Below are positions 1 to 11,162 of a stretch of DNA of 64,000 bases, piece after piece (within the stretch, counting starts at the first letter, position 1; every line of letters begins with the position of its first letter). A program made the translations under genes and the position numbers. The notes under the pieces were generated by a model, which did not search any database, was not told the origin of the DNA, and saw only the letters and a list, made by a program, of their open reading frames with translations. Origin of the DNA: Eledone cirrhosa (lineage: Eukaryota). The DNA lies in contig OZ024741.1 of the NCBI GenBank assembly GCA_964016885.1, positions 106,082,001 to 106,146,000 on the forward strand, read 5' to 3'.

Positions 1-225
1 CACTCCGTGGGAGATCCTATATACTGATAACCTAGTCGTTACACTGAATTCGTAGGACAGTTAGATAAAATTTCAAGCTTGGAAGAAGAACCGAGAGTTA
101 AAAGGCTTAAAAGTAAACTTAACAAATATGTAAGTCTTAATAAATAGGAAAGAAGACAGGAGAGTGATACCATTAGTGAAGTGGCCTTGTTTGGTATGTC
201 AGAAATTCCATAAGGTGCACACAGT

Positions 226-720
226 GTATAGACACACAACAAATGTAGTGAGATTGCAAGCAGGCAAATTGAAAATATAGACTTTGTATGTGACAGATGC
301 ACAGGAGAAGTAAGCACTAAGAGCAGACATGAAATAGATTCCATCGGTTGCCAGGGAGCCTCCTTAGAAGTAATTGACAGCTTTTGTTACCTAGATGATC
401 AAATTAACAATGGCAGAGGGTGCACTGAAAGTGTGACAGCAAAAATTAGAACAGGTTGGAAGAAGTTTAGAGAGCTGTTACCTCTACTGACAGCAAAGAG
501 CTTTTCTCACAGTATGAAGGGTAGACTGTATGATGCCTGTGTGTGAAATACAATGCTAGATGGTAGTGAAACATGGGCCTTGATTTCAGAAGACCTACGG
601 AGGCTAGCAAGAAATGAATCAAGTATACTCTGTTAGTGTGCATGAATGACATAGCATAAACAAAAAACTTGGCATAAGAGGAATTAGATGTAGTGTGCAA
701 GAGAAAAGATTGCATTGGTT
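226..720 (+). mobile_element. Decayed RTE-clade (BovB-like) LINE, 3' part of ORF
   Basis: + strand translation gives FVCDRCTG...LEVIDSFCYLDDQINNGRGCTESVTAKIRTGWKKFRELLPLL...KGRLYDACV, the post-RT region of RTE ORFs, with stops and frameshifts. Homologous to the 27.9-28.3 kb fragment. Confidence 0.85.
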
Positions 721-807
721 ATAAAGTTATAAAGTAACTTGACTTTGTTCTTTTTATTTTCATTGTTAATTTGATAACACACACACACACACATACACAC
801 ATGCGCT

Positions 808-1053
808 GTGTGACAAGAAGCTTGCTTCTCAACCACATGTTTCCGGGTTTAGTCCCACTGCCCAGGCCGACCAAAGCCCTGTGACTGGATTTGATAGACC
901 GAAACTAAAAGAAGCACGTCGTATATATGTCTGTGTGTGTCTTTGCGTTTGTGTTTGCGCTCCCACGAATGCTTGTTGGCTTGTTGACATCCCCATAACT
1001 TACCAAGGTGATGCTCCAGCATGGGTGTAGTCCAGAGACAGAAAAAAAGTAAA

Positions 1054-1056
<3 letters not shown>
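808..1056 (+). mobile_element. tRNA-derived SINE fragment and adjoining repeat (paralog of 11163-11415)
   Basis: tRNA-like head with B-box-like 'ccgggtttagtcccactg'. Very similar to 11163-11415. Confidence 0.6.
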
Positions 1057-1104
<48 letters not shown>

Positions 1105-1184
1105 GATAAGCAGAACAAGTAAAATTCAATCAATTTTTTAAAAATACATTAAAAAATATAATATAAATATTTACCTCTCCTAGT

Positions 1185-1267
1185 GGCCCTTACTGATCAG
1201 TTTCGCTTTGTAAAACCTCATAAATCCGATGGATTTATGATGGAAAACCAAAGCTCATCAGAGAAGC
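1185..1267 (-). ncRNA. Type I hammerhead ribozyme motif, copy 1
   Basis: Minus strand: CTGATGA-GCTTTG...TCATAAATCC-ATC-GGATTTATGA...CAAAGC-GAAAC-TGATCA-GTA. Core boxes intact, extended stem II, palindromic stem III loop; stem I short and G-U rich. Confidence 0.75.
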
Positions 1268-1679
1268 ATTTTCCCTTCCTAGGGCTAAACGTCCCAGGAA
1301 CGACAAAATATATAACCTCCTGCCAGCAAATAAAGGTCTGAAAGGTCGTAAAAGTGACCCGTATGTAAACTGGACCGAAGTAAAAGCGGGAAAATCAAAA
1401 ACTTGCTGTCTACAATTACTACTAAAAAAATAAAAAAAATACCAGCTAAATAGAACAGCAGAATTGTTCTCAACAGACGGAGAAAGAGATTGAAGTTAAT
1501 ATGTCCAGGGATACTAGGTACCCCCAGAAATACATAGGTTGTCTATGATTCAAGGTTGTTCAATGGTATTAATTTGATACACCAGAACTTTAATATTAAG
1601 ATAAGCAGAACAAGTAAAATTCAATCAATTTTTTAAAAATACATTAAAAAATATAATATAAATATTTACCTCTCCTAGT

Positions 1680-1762
1680 GGCCCTTACTGATCAGTTTCG
1701 CTTTGTAAAACCTCATAAATCCGATGGATTTATGATGGAAAACCAAAGCTCATCAGAGAAGC
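1680..1762 (-). ncRNA. Type I hammerhead ribozyme motif, copy 2
   Basis: Identical to 1185-1267, offset by 495 bp. Confidence 0.75.
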
Positions 1763-1911
1763 ATTTTCCCTTCCTAGGGCTAAACGTCCCAGGAACGACA
1801 AAATATATAACCTCCTGCCAGCAAATAAAGGTCTGAAAGGTCGTAAAAGTGACCCGTATGTAAACTGGACCGAATTAAAAGCGGGAAAATCAAAGACTTG
1901 CTGTCTACAAT

Positions 1912-1946
<35 letters not shown>

Positions 1947-2039
1947 AGAAGAGGGGTCTCAAACTGAAGGACATAAAAGGGCCATTATGTCCTGGAGGAG
2001 AGACGTGGTGGTGGATGATGACTTTCACCAGTTATAATC

Positions 2040-2250
2040 ATTTCTACTATAGGCACAAAACATGAAATTTGGGGTTTAGGGTCGCGTCGATTACATTGAT
2101 CCCAGTTAACAACTTGTACTTAATTTATCGACCCCAAAAAGATGAAAGGCAAAGTTGAGATCGGCTGAATTTGAACTCGGAACGTAAAAACAGAAGAAGT
2201 ACCGCTAAGCATTTTGCCAGATGTGCTAACGATTCCACCAGATCACCGCC
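2040..2250 (-). mobile_element. tRNA-derived SINE (family abundant in this window)
   Basis: 'tttctact..ggcacaa...atcgacccc...gatgaaaggcaaagt...atttgaactc' (reverse complement of a GAGTTCAAAT B-box). More than 10 related copies occur in the window. Confidence 0.8.
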
Positions 2251-2336
2251 TTATTTTCACCACTTATAATGGAATCTGAAATATTGGTTCTACCACGGGC
2301 CATAGGAAAGTTGTCGCGGGCCGCATTTTTGAGCCC

Positions 2337-2536
2337 NNNNNNNNNNNNNNNNNNNNNNNNNNNNNNNNNNNNNNNNNNNNNNNNNNNNNNNNNNNNNNNN
2401 NNNNNNNNNNNNNNNNNNNNNNNNNNNNNNNNNNNNNNNNNNNNNNNNNNNNNNNNNNNNNNNNNNNNNNNNNNNNNNNNNNNNNNNNNNNNNNNNNNNN
2501 NNNNNNNNNNNNNNNNNNNNNNNNNNNNNNNNNNNN
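2337..2536. other. Assembly gap (200 N)
   Basis: Run of N. The round length suggests a scaffolding join of unknown true size. Confidence 0.98.
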
Positions 2537-2689
2537 CTGAAACTTTTTTGTATTTAATTCGTACAAGTATTTTTTAAAGATCTTTTAAAAGATTCTAACA
2601 TTGATTTAGCCCAGTAATCTACTGATATTAAAATCAGTAGTATATTGAAAAATGGAAAAATAGGGTAGGGAGGTGTTTCATGATTTTGA

Positions 2690-2880
2690 GGGGCAAAAGG
2701 GAGCCGAAATGGGTTGAGAACCTTTGATGTAAACTAAAGGTTCTCAACGGGGGGGGGGATATGCTCCCCTGGGGGGCGTTTCGTAGCTCCAGGGGGCGTT
2801 ATGCAGTGAGGGGCGGAGGGGGGGCGTTATGCAGCAAAGGGGCGTTTGAAATTTTGAGGGCGCTAGAAGCCCTTATAGTT
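2690..2880. mobile_element. Adjacent hAT/Charlie-like MITE ends
   Basis: 'ggttgagaacctttg' + 8-bp 'atgtaaac' + 'taaaaggttctcaac' resemble Charlie-type TIRs (CAGTGGTTCTCAAC) around an 8-bp target-like spacer. Confidence 0.5.
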
Positions 2881-3401
2881 TGGTAAGTTTTATAAGTCAT
2901 ATTTGTTCGTCTCTTAGTCAGTGATTTGAATGAAGAAAACAAAGAAAATAAATAAAAGAAGCTTGTCAACGAATTCCCTAGGGAGATAAAAGAAAATCAA
3001 AAGAAATCAAAGAGAATGAAAGTAAGGACTACTTCAACAGAAATGACAAGAAGAAGCAATGGTGGTGAACATACATACATACATACACACACACATATAT
3101 ACACATACATACACACACACACACATATATATACACACACAAGCCGGCGTTAGTGTTTGAAGTTGAGAACCTGGTCAGTTTTCAGCCAGAAGTGTGGTAT
3201 TTAATCTCCCTAGGTAATAAAATCTGGCGACAAAAATGTTCTCCTTACCAAAAAAAAAGAAGACATAGATCATACCAACATCCTTACACACTTAAATATA
3301 AATGCATGTATATATATATACAAATGTATAAATACATAGCTATATACATACGTAAATGTATGTATATATGTATGTATGTAGATTTATATATATATATATA
3401 T

Positions 3402-3835
3402 ATAAAATATTAAACAAATAATGAATAAAACAATGAAACAGTTCCTTATATTAAACAAAAAAAGTTCATTATTTAACGATCGTTTCTAGGATATATATGT
3501 GTTAGAATTGGCATGCATATTCAACAGATCTATGTACAAAATTATACAAAATTATACAAACTATCAAGATTAAATATACATACCAAACACACATATACGC
3601 CGTCTTCAGAAATAAATTTATTTATTTCTGAAGACGGCGTATATGTGTGTTTGGTATGTATATTTAATCTTGATAGTTTGTATAATTTTGTATAATTTTG
3701 TACATAGATCTGTTGAATATGCATGCCAATTCTAACACATATATATCCTAGAAACGATCGTTAAATAATGAACTTTTTTTGTTTAATATAAGGAACTGTT
3801 TCATTGTTTTATTCATTATTTGTTTAATATTTTAT
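3402..3835. repeat. Perfect ~216-bp-arm palindrome (Penelope-like fold-back) with mirrored hammerhead motif
   Basis: Arms are reverse complements about axis 3618.5 with a 2-nt loop, and mirrored ORFs lie at 3513-3695(+) and 3542-3724(-). Contains ttattt-CTGAAGA...GAAAC-GATC-GTT-aaataa at 3622-3768 (+). Confidence 0.9.
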
Positions 3836-3969
3836 CTTGACTCTGTATACCGTTTATCTTTCACCGAAAGTGATTTTTCATTACATCTCTTCTTTCCATG
3901 ATATCCGGAATACATTGAGTTCTTCATACGGATTGGACACTACCGTAAACTCTTGGTAGATTTATCTAC

Positions 3970-4018
<49 letters not shown>

Positions 4019-4156
4019 CTACATACATATATATATATAAATATACATACATACATATATAAATATACATACATACATATATATATATACATACATACAT
4101 AAATATACATACATACATACATAAATATACATACATACATAAATATACATACATAT

Positions 4157-4847
4157 GGCATACGTCAAAACGGCCGGTCGCAAAAGTGAAACTAATTTTT
4201 GACAGTTACGTACGTCATTATTTTCAATTTGGATTGTGAATTTGTTTGTTTTTATACACTGTTTCAAAACGATTAAGAATAGCATTGGTACCCAAAATAT
4301 CTTCAACTAAGGTAACGCGACCATACACTCATCCAGCCATATTTGATGTGACACTGTATTACAATCCAGCCCTTCGGTGCTTCGTTTAAAAAAAAAAAAA
4401 CATTTTCCCAGCCCTTCTAACGCCAATCTGCCTTTCTGACCCCAAGCTGCCCCTCTGACCCAAATCACTTATCATTCTCTGTCCTTCTTATGACTCTACC
4501 TTAATTTCTTTGGCGACAGAGAGTTGGTGCCAACAAGTTTGGCGAGATGATCAACTGTATTTCAGCTATTTATAGGGTGTAATAAGGATTTTCAATATTT
4601 ATTTATTTCAACACACAATGTCATTATTTAAAAAAATTTTCCGTACACACAATACACAAAAAAAGAATTAAAAAAAATTATCACGTACATGCAATACTAA
4701 TTAACACCATCAACAAAATTCACTTTCACTATTGAGACCTGTTGTAAAAAAACAAACAAATTCACAATCCAAATTGAAAATAATGACGTACGTAACTGTC
4801 GTCAAAAATTAGTTTCACTGTTGCGACCGGCCGTTTTGACGTATGCC

Positions 4848-4848
<1 letters not shown>
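4157..4848. mobile_element. MITE with ~95-bp terminal inverted repeats
   Basis: GGCATACGTCAAAACGGCCGGTCGCAA...TTTGTTTGTTTT at 4157-4253 is the reverse complement of ~4747-4848. No coding capacity; sits in a TA-rich context. Confidence 0.8.
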
Positions 4849-4911
<63 letters not shown>

Positions 4912-5131
4912 AAAGAATAGAGGTGTAACACACGAGTTATGATATATTGGTAAAAGGAAAAGAAAATGCTGACAAATTGTTTCCAGTGAAAAATAGTTTA
5001 ATTAGGAATAAGTAAAAATTAGTAATAGTATTGGTTAGTATTCAGTTTTGGTTTTAAGTTTTACCGGTTGCGCATTTCTAATGCTTTTCAAAAATAATTT
5101 TGAAATAGAGCGCCCGTGATGTTTGCTCTAA

Positions 5132-5172
<41 letters not shown>

Positions 5173-5226
5173 GGAAAAAATGAAACGAAATTTCATTTCC
5201 CACTCTTAGCACGGCTGTTACTTAAA

Positions 5227-5581
5227 TATAAGTATGTATACGTACATACATATATGTATACAGACGTACAGTAGTATGTATATATATATACATACATGCA
5301 CACATATATATATATATGTACGTATGGATTCACCGAACATTTATTATAATGCTCGGTGTGTTTGTAAACAACATACATGCACACATATATATATATATGT
5401 ACGTATGGATTCACCGAACATTTATTATAATGCTCAGTGTGTTTGTAAACAAACACACCGATCATTATAATAAATGTTCGGTGAATCCATACGTACATAT
5501 ATATATATGTGTGCATGTATGTATATATATATATACATACTACTGTACGTCTGTATACATATATGTATGTACGTATACATA

Positions 5582-5588
<7 letters not shown>
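5227..5588. repeat. Fold-back palindrome with internal ~80-bp tandem duplication
   Basis: 'taagtatgtatacgtac...ggattcaccgaacatttattataatg' is mirrored by 'cattataataaatgttcggtgaatcc...gtacgtatacatactta'. Confidence 0.8.
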
Positions 5589-5657
<69 letters not shown>

Positions 5658-5658
5658 C

Positions 5659-5724
<66 letters not shown>

Positions 5725-5737
5725 ACATACATACATA

Positions 5738-5776
<39 letters not shown>

Positions 5777-6095
5777 ATACTTTGGGAGGGTCATGTTGCC
5801 AATAAGAAACACACGCACCAGTTGCTTTCACTTCAATTTATTATATATTTATAAATTTATAAATTTACAAATCTACAAACTTATAAATTTCTGGTTGGTT
5901 GGTTGGTTCCACAACCAGATAGTTGTTTATATATAGTTATAGTCCTTTCGTCACACACTCTGTGACCTCTTCAGTGTGTTTCTTATTGGCAACATGACCC
6001 TCCCAAAGTATAACAATATCGGTTTCAACACACGATTTCAGATAAAGAATCTTGCTAAACAAATTCAGAAACGAAATATATATATATAAATCTAC

Positions 6096-6181
<86 letters not shown>

Positions 6182-6196
6182 CTACATACATACATA

Positions 6197-6285
<89 letters not shown>

Positions 6286-6338
6286 CTACATACATACATA
6301 TATTTATATATATATAAATCTACATACATACATATATT

Positions 6339-6424
<86 letters not shown>

Positions 6425-6535
6425 CATATAAATCTACATACATACATACATATATATAAATCTACATACATACATATATACATACATTTACGTATGTATA
6501 TAGCTATGCATTTATACATTTGTATATATATATAT
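5585..6535. repeat. (TA)n/(TACA)n/(TG)n microsatellite tract containing a short Penelope-like remnant (5771-6076)
   Basis: Simple repeats. 5771-5813 is inverted at 5973-6018, and a degenerate hammerhead CTGAAGA-G-GTCACA-GAGTG-TGTGAC-GAAAG lies on the - strand at ~5945-5974. Confidence 0.8.
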
Positions 6536-6536
6536 A

Positions 6537-6917
6537 GGGGAGGGTCATATTTGTGTAATAATATTGCCAGAATTAATAACAGAACACACTCATTGTTTGG
6601 TTGGTTTTCGCTTCTGTGTCTTTTATATCGGTTAATTTAATTTATTCGGTCCTCAATGTTACCATTGACTGACCAACGGTCAAAAATACAGATACAATAT
6701 AGACACAAACACATATATATAGTCTGTTAGACTATATATATGTGTTTGTGTCTATATTGTATCTATATTTTTGACCGTTGGTCAGTCAATGGTAACATTG
6801 AGGACCGAATAAATTAAATTAACCGATATAAAAGACACAGAAGCGAAAACCAACCAAACAATGAGTGTGTTCTGTTATTAATTCTGGCAATATTATTACA
6901 CAAATATGACCCTCCCC
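6537..6917. repeat. ~190-bp-arm near-perfect palindrome related to the 5771/19943 element family
   Basis: Axis ~6727 (agtct-gtt-agact). Termini 'gggagggtcat' and the following 'aagtataacaatat...acacacgatttca' are shared with the 5771-6076 element. Confidence 0.85.
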
Positions 6918-6977
6918 AAGTATAACAATATTTGTTTCGACACACGATTTCATATCAAAAACCTCGCAAAACTAATA

Positions 6978-9482
6978 CAGTGAGTCCTCGATATACGGCA
7001 TATATGCGTTCCTGAAACCCTTACCGTATATCGAATTACCGTCAAAAGAACCCATTATAACATGAAATAGATAGGGATGCGTTCCAGCACATCGAAAAAG
7101 TCATCCCTACAGAAAAGAAATAATGTTTTTTTTTTATTTACTGTACCTTACACATGCCGCGTAGTCCATCAGATGATGTGCCTCTTCATTTGTCCCTCCC
7201 GAGGCTAAGGGACAGTATGGGTTTCAGCCCTTACTCATCTTGGGCTGAGTTGGCAGGGGAGGATGAAGGTGATGTGGGAGGCTCAAAACCAACAAACTCT
7301 TTGACTGCAGTGGATGTTGAAGGGCCAGCTGTAGCACGGTTGGCAGGTGTGACTGGCTTGAAGAAAGAGTAGATGGAGGACTGTTTGGCGGTGTTTCTTT
7401 TGGCTTCATACATTTCTTGGTAAATCTTGACGCTTTTCTCGACGTCTTGAGCCACTTTGCTGCTCCTAGCAGGGTTGGGGTCATGCTCCTTCAAGGTTTC
7501 TAAGATTGTTTCGATACTCCTGTGACATTCTCTTAGAGTTTTTATGTCCAAGCCACACACAGGTTCTTCTTCCTCCTCTTCTTCTTTTTCTGTCTCCTGT
7601 ATCGCCTTGTCTAGTTCTATGAGTTCATCATTGGAGAGTGGTTCAGCGTGGCTTTCCAAAAGGTCTTTCACATCATCATCATCATTAACACCATCGAAGC
7701 CAGCTCTATGGCAGAGATTTACAATATCTTTTTTATCGCACCAATGTCCTCAACAAAGCCTTGGAAGTCATTCACACATGCTGGCCATAATTTCTTCCAG
7801 GTCAAGTTCATGGTAGACTGCTTCACTTCTTCCCAAGATGCCTTGATGTTGTCTAAGCCGTGCTTGATGTTGCACAATTTCCACCTTTCCCTGATCGTGG
7901 ACTTATCAGGCCCATCTGTGCCCTTTATCAGCTGCTGCATGGTTCTCTGCTGGTAGGAAGCCATAAATGTTTTGATGACTGTTTGATCCATCGGCTGAAT
8001 GAGAGCTGTGGTGTTTGGGGGGAGAAACAAAACCTCAATATTTTCTCACCAGTCTTCCATTGCCCGTGGGTGGCTGGGGGCGTTGTCCACTAATAGCAGA
8101 AAACGGTTGGCAATGTTGTTAGCTAATGCATATTCCTTAAGGGTCGAAGATATGAGGTGAAAAAATCCTGGTGAATTGAATTGATCAGCCATGCCTTCTT
8201 ATTAGACTTCCATATCACTGGTAGGTATTGCTTAAGTAACCCCTTGAATGCTCTTGGAGTTTCAGAATGGTAGATAATGAGTGGCTTTAGCTTTAAATCG
8301 CCTTCTGCATTCCCTCCAAGTAACAAAGTAACGTGGTCCTTTGAGGCTTTGAACCCCTTCGCACTTTTCTCCTCCTTGACAATATAAGTATTACTGGTCA
8401 TCTTTTTCCAATAAAGTCCTGTTTCATTATAATTATTAACCTGTTTTTTGCTGTACCCCTTCTCTGCAATGCATTTATCTAACTCTGCCTTGAATTTTTC
8501 AGCACTCTCTTTGTCGAAACTGGCAGCCTCACCTGTAACTTTTATGTTGTGAAGACTCGAACGTCGTTTGAACTTATCAAACCAGCATTTGCTTGCCTTG
8601 AAGACAAAGTCCTTCACCCCATTTAGGTCTTGAGCCTGTCAATAATGGACAACGCTTTCTCACTGATTACATTTAAAGACAGAGACATATTTTGACGATT
8701 TTGGTCGTCTATCCAAATTTTGAGCAACCTTTCCATCCTATCCATAATCGGCTCACGATGTTTGGTCAACAATTTACTCTGTAGATTCGTAGCATTCTCC
8801 CCAGCTTTTTTGACAGCCTCACTATTTTTTAAAACAGTCCTGACTGTAGACTGGGCTAGGCCTAAGTTACGACTTATGGCGGACGTACTTTTCCCCTGTT
8901 CCTTCCTTTTCAAAATGTCCAGCTTTATCTCCAAAGTCAGGCTCTTCCTCGTGCGTTTGGCCTTTCCATCTGCATCAACAATATTCGTAGGACGTTTTGG
9001 GGCCATGAGATATGGGGTTATAAGATATGCCGTGATAATTATGCTCCAAAAACACGCCGTCGGGTTTTCTCTTACTTTGAATGACGTCATAATTCTTAAC
9101 TGATCACTTCAGTTTGGCAAAAATTCTCTCACTGAGAGGACACGCTAGTTTGCCGAACTGAAGTGATCAGTTAAAAGTTATGACGTCATCGACCGATATC
9201 TGAACTCGCTCGTGATTGACCAGTTTCTCTGTAAGGTCAGTTAGTACGATAGCTGTAGTAACACAATTTTCCTAGAATTCGAATTGCAGTCAGTTTCCAC
9301 GAATTCAAGGGGGAATTTATTGCTTACTACAGGTGGCGCTACGGTACAATATAAACAAAACACCACTAAAAACCGTATCTGTGAATTGTTTTTACCGTAA
9401 ATAGAATTGATGGTAGTAATTACCCAAAACCGTATCTGTGACTTTACCGGATAAAGAACTACCGTATATCGAGGACCCGCTG
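6978..9482 (-). mobile_element. Tigger/pogo-family DNA transposon, full length
   Basis: TIRs CAGTGAGTCCTCGATATACGG / CCGTATATCGAGGACCCGCTG with a TA target duplication on both sides, and a transposase remnant inside. Confidence 0.95.
7231..9006 (-). pseudogene. Frameshifted Tigger (CENP-B HTH + DDE_1) transposase
   Basis: Consecutive ORF pieces: MAPKRP...RKSLTLEIKLDILKR (HTH-psq), FKASKCWFDKFKRR (HTH), NETGLYWK, DNAPSHP, FLPPNTTALIQPMDQ, and an acidic C-terminus ending KQSSIYSFF. Confidence 0.92.
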
Positions 9483-9500
9483 TATATATATATATATATA

Positions 9501-10119
9501 TGAAAAACATGGGAAGAAAGAGGAATACTGCGTGGTTGCACATGGGTTACATATTATAAAATTAGTCCCTCATCAGTGATTTGCCAACCATCATTGGTAT
9601 GTCATCGCATTAAAAATCAGATACCTCAGGTTGGTGCGAGCAATAACTAAAATAAGCTATTGGGACAAGTGAATCGCGTAAAGCGAGTGAGACAAGTAAA
9701 AAACATAGAAGGAAAAGCAAACCAAAGGTAGGAAAACAGCAAGCAACATGATGGTTATCCGGTCAGCATAAACTGGGTGAATTTCATGAGCGGTCAGAAA
9801 ACAGACCGTCCGCCGTAAATGAGATGTGAGAAAGAAAGAACCCCACTACTAACGAACGGGAGGAAGTGAGAAGGGGAGAAACAGAGAGTGAGTGAGTGGA
9901 AGTGCGAGGAAGAGGTCAGTCGAGAGAAAGTGTAACTGACAGAGGGGGCGAAAGAAGGTGAGAGAAACAGAGAGAACGGGGGAGCAGTAAGAGAGAAAGA
10001 GATAATCGCAGTCGAGGTAAATATTATGAAAAACATGGGAAGAAAGAGGAATACTGCGTGGTTGCACATGGGTTACATATTATAAAATTAGTCCCTCATC
10101 AGTGATTTGCCAACCATCA
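9501..10119 (-). mobile_element. Penelope-like remnant with ~92-bp direct terminal repeats in (TA)n
   Basis: 9501-9592 is repeated at ~10027-10118. Each repeat has CTGATGA-GGGACTAA on the - strand, but no intact partner GAAA box was found. Confidence 0.55.
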
Positions 10120-10136
10120 ATATATATATATATATA

Positions 10137-10878
10137 TAAATACATTATCGGAGAAAGCTTTTAGCGATACTCCGGCCAAATTCCAACTCACTCAACAAAC
10201 ATTAGGAAATAAGTGAGTATATTCCTAATTAAACGTTCGGGGTGCTAACTAAATGTATTGTGTGGAAAATTGGCTGTATTATTTCATATGAGACATATTG
10301 AATATATCTCTTCCCAGACGGACGTCTCGTTTCATTATAAGATTCCTACAATTTGGGTGAAATTATATCAATTTATGTAGGAGCTTGTATAGGATCAACA
10401 GATAATATTCAAGTGGGCGCTTATAATTCATCAGTGGGTGCCCAATAATACTAATATTGATAATCTAACCAATATCAGTATTTAGCGATAATCACCATCA
10501 GTGCCTGAGGTATCTGTTAGGTTGCTACTCCAGCAGTTCTAAAGAAATACTCAAACTGATTCAAAAATGAGGAAGTATATTACCGCCAAAAAAACAATAC
10601 ATGCGCAGGACAATGAATTCTAAAAGGAATTCAAGCCACGTGCTAGAACTCAATTGGAATTTGAAAAAATATCTATGTGTGTACATCGTTTGATGACACA
10701 CATAGATATTTTCTCGGGCAAAATTACAGAATGCGATACAAGAAACAATCAATATTCATATATAAAAAAAAATAAACAAAGAGAGTTCAAACCTTATATC
10801 GGCAATTTCATATCTGTTGCACCAAGAGTAAATAAATACATTATCGGAGAAAGCTTTTAGCGATACTCCGGCCAAATT

Positions 10879-10881
<3 letters not shown>
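10137..10881. mobile_element. Penelope-like remnant with ~50-bp direct repeats and hammerhead motif
   Basis: 'taaatacattatcggagaaagcttttagcgatactccggccaaattcca' occurs at ~10137 and ~10834. (TA)n flanks, hammerhead inside, and decayed ORF-like sequence at 10.6-10.8 kb. Confidence 0.65.
10313..10438 (-). ncRNA. Type I hammerhead ribozyme motif with long stem II
   Basis: CCCA-CTGATGA-ATTATAAG...CTTATAAT-GAAACG-AGACGTC-CGTC-TGGG: stem I CCCA/TGGG, stem II base 8 bp, stem III ACG/CGT, GUC cleavage triplet. Confidence 0.75.
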
Positions 10882-10946
<65 letters not shown>

Positions 10947-10958
10947 AATATATATTAT

Positions 10959-10991
<33 letters not shown>

Positions 10992-11027
10992 ATATAAGAT
11001 CAAAAGATGGTTAAAAGTGTTCCGTGT

Positions 11028-11093
11028 ATTTTATTATGCGCATTTCAAAAACAAATATCATGGGATGATATTTGCGTTCTCATCAGATAAAAT
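11028..11093 (-). ncRNA. Type I hammerhead ribozyme motif
   Basis: ATTTTAT-CTGATGA-GAACGCAAATATCAT-CCC-ATGATATTTGTTTTT-GAAAT-GCGC-ATA-ATAAAAT: 7-bp stem I, long stem II, palindromic GCGC loop, AUA triplet. Confidence 0.8.
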
Positions 11094-11162
11094 ATATGAA
11101 GCTTAAAAAACACTTGCGAGCAGTGAAGTGTTAAAGCAACATATCAACATATATATATATCA

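Larger units (their letters stand above)
1101..1912 (-). mobile_element. Penelope-like non-autonomous element with tandem pseudo-LTR (495-bp period) inserted in (TA)n
   Basis: 1101-1417 is repeated almost exactly at 1596-1912. Each copy holds a hammerhead motif. (TA)n flanks both sides, and the element is absent from the paralogous block at 11.4 kb. Confidence 0.75.

Noticed and set aside
3940-6640. Many ORFs of YI/YVCM/HT repeats
   Set aside because: They are translations of (TA)n, (TACA)n and (TG)n microsatellites with no coding signal.
9560-9580. Hammerhead at CTGATGA-GGGAC (also ~10090)
   Set aside because: No downstream stem II partner or GAAA box could be placed, so it is at best a truncated remnant.
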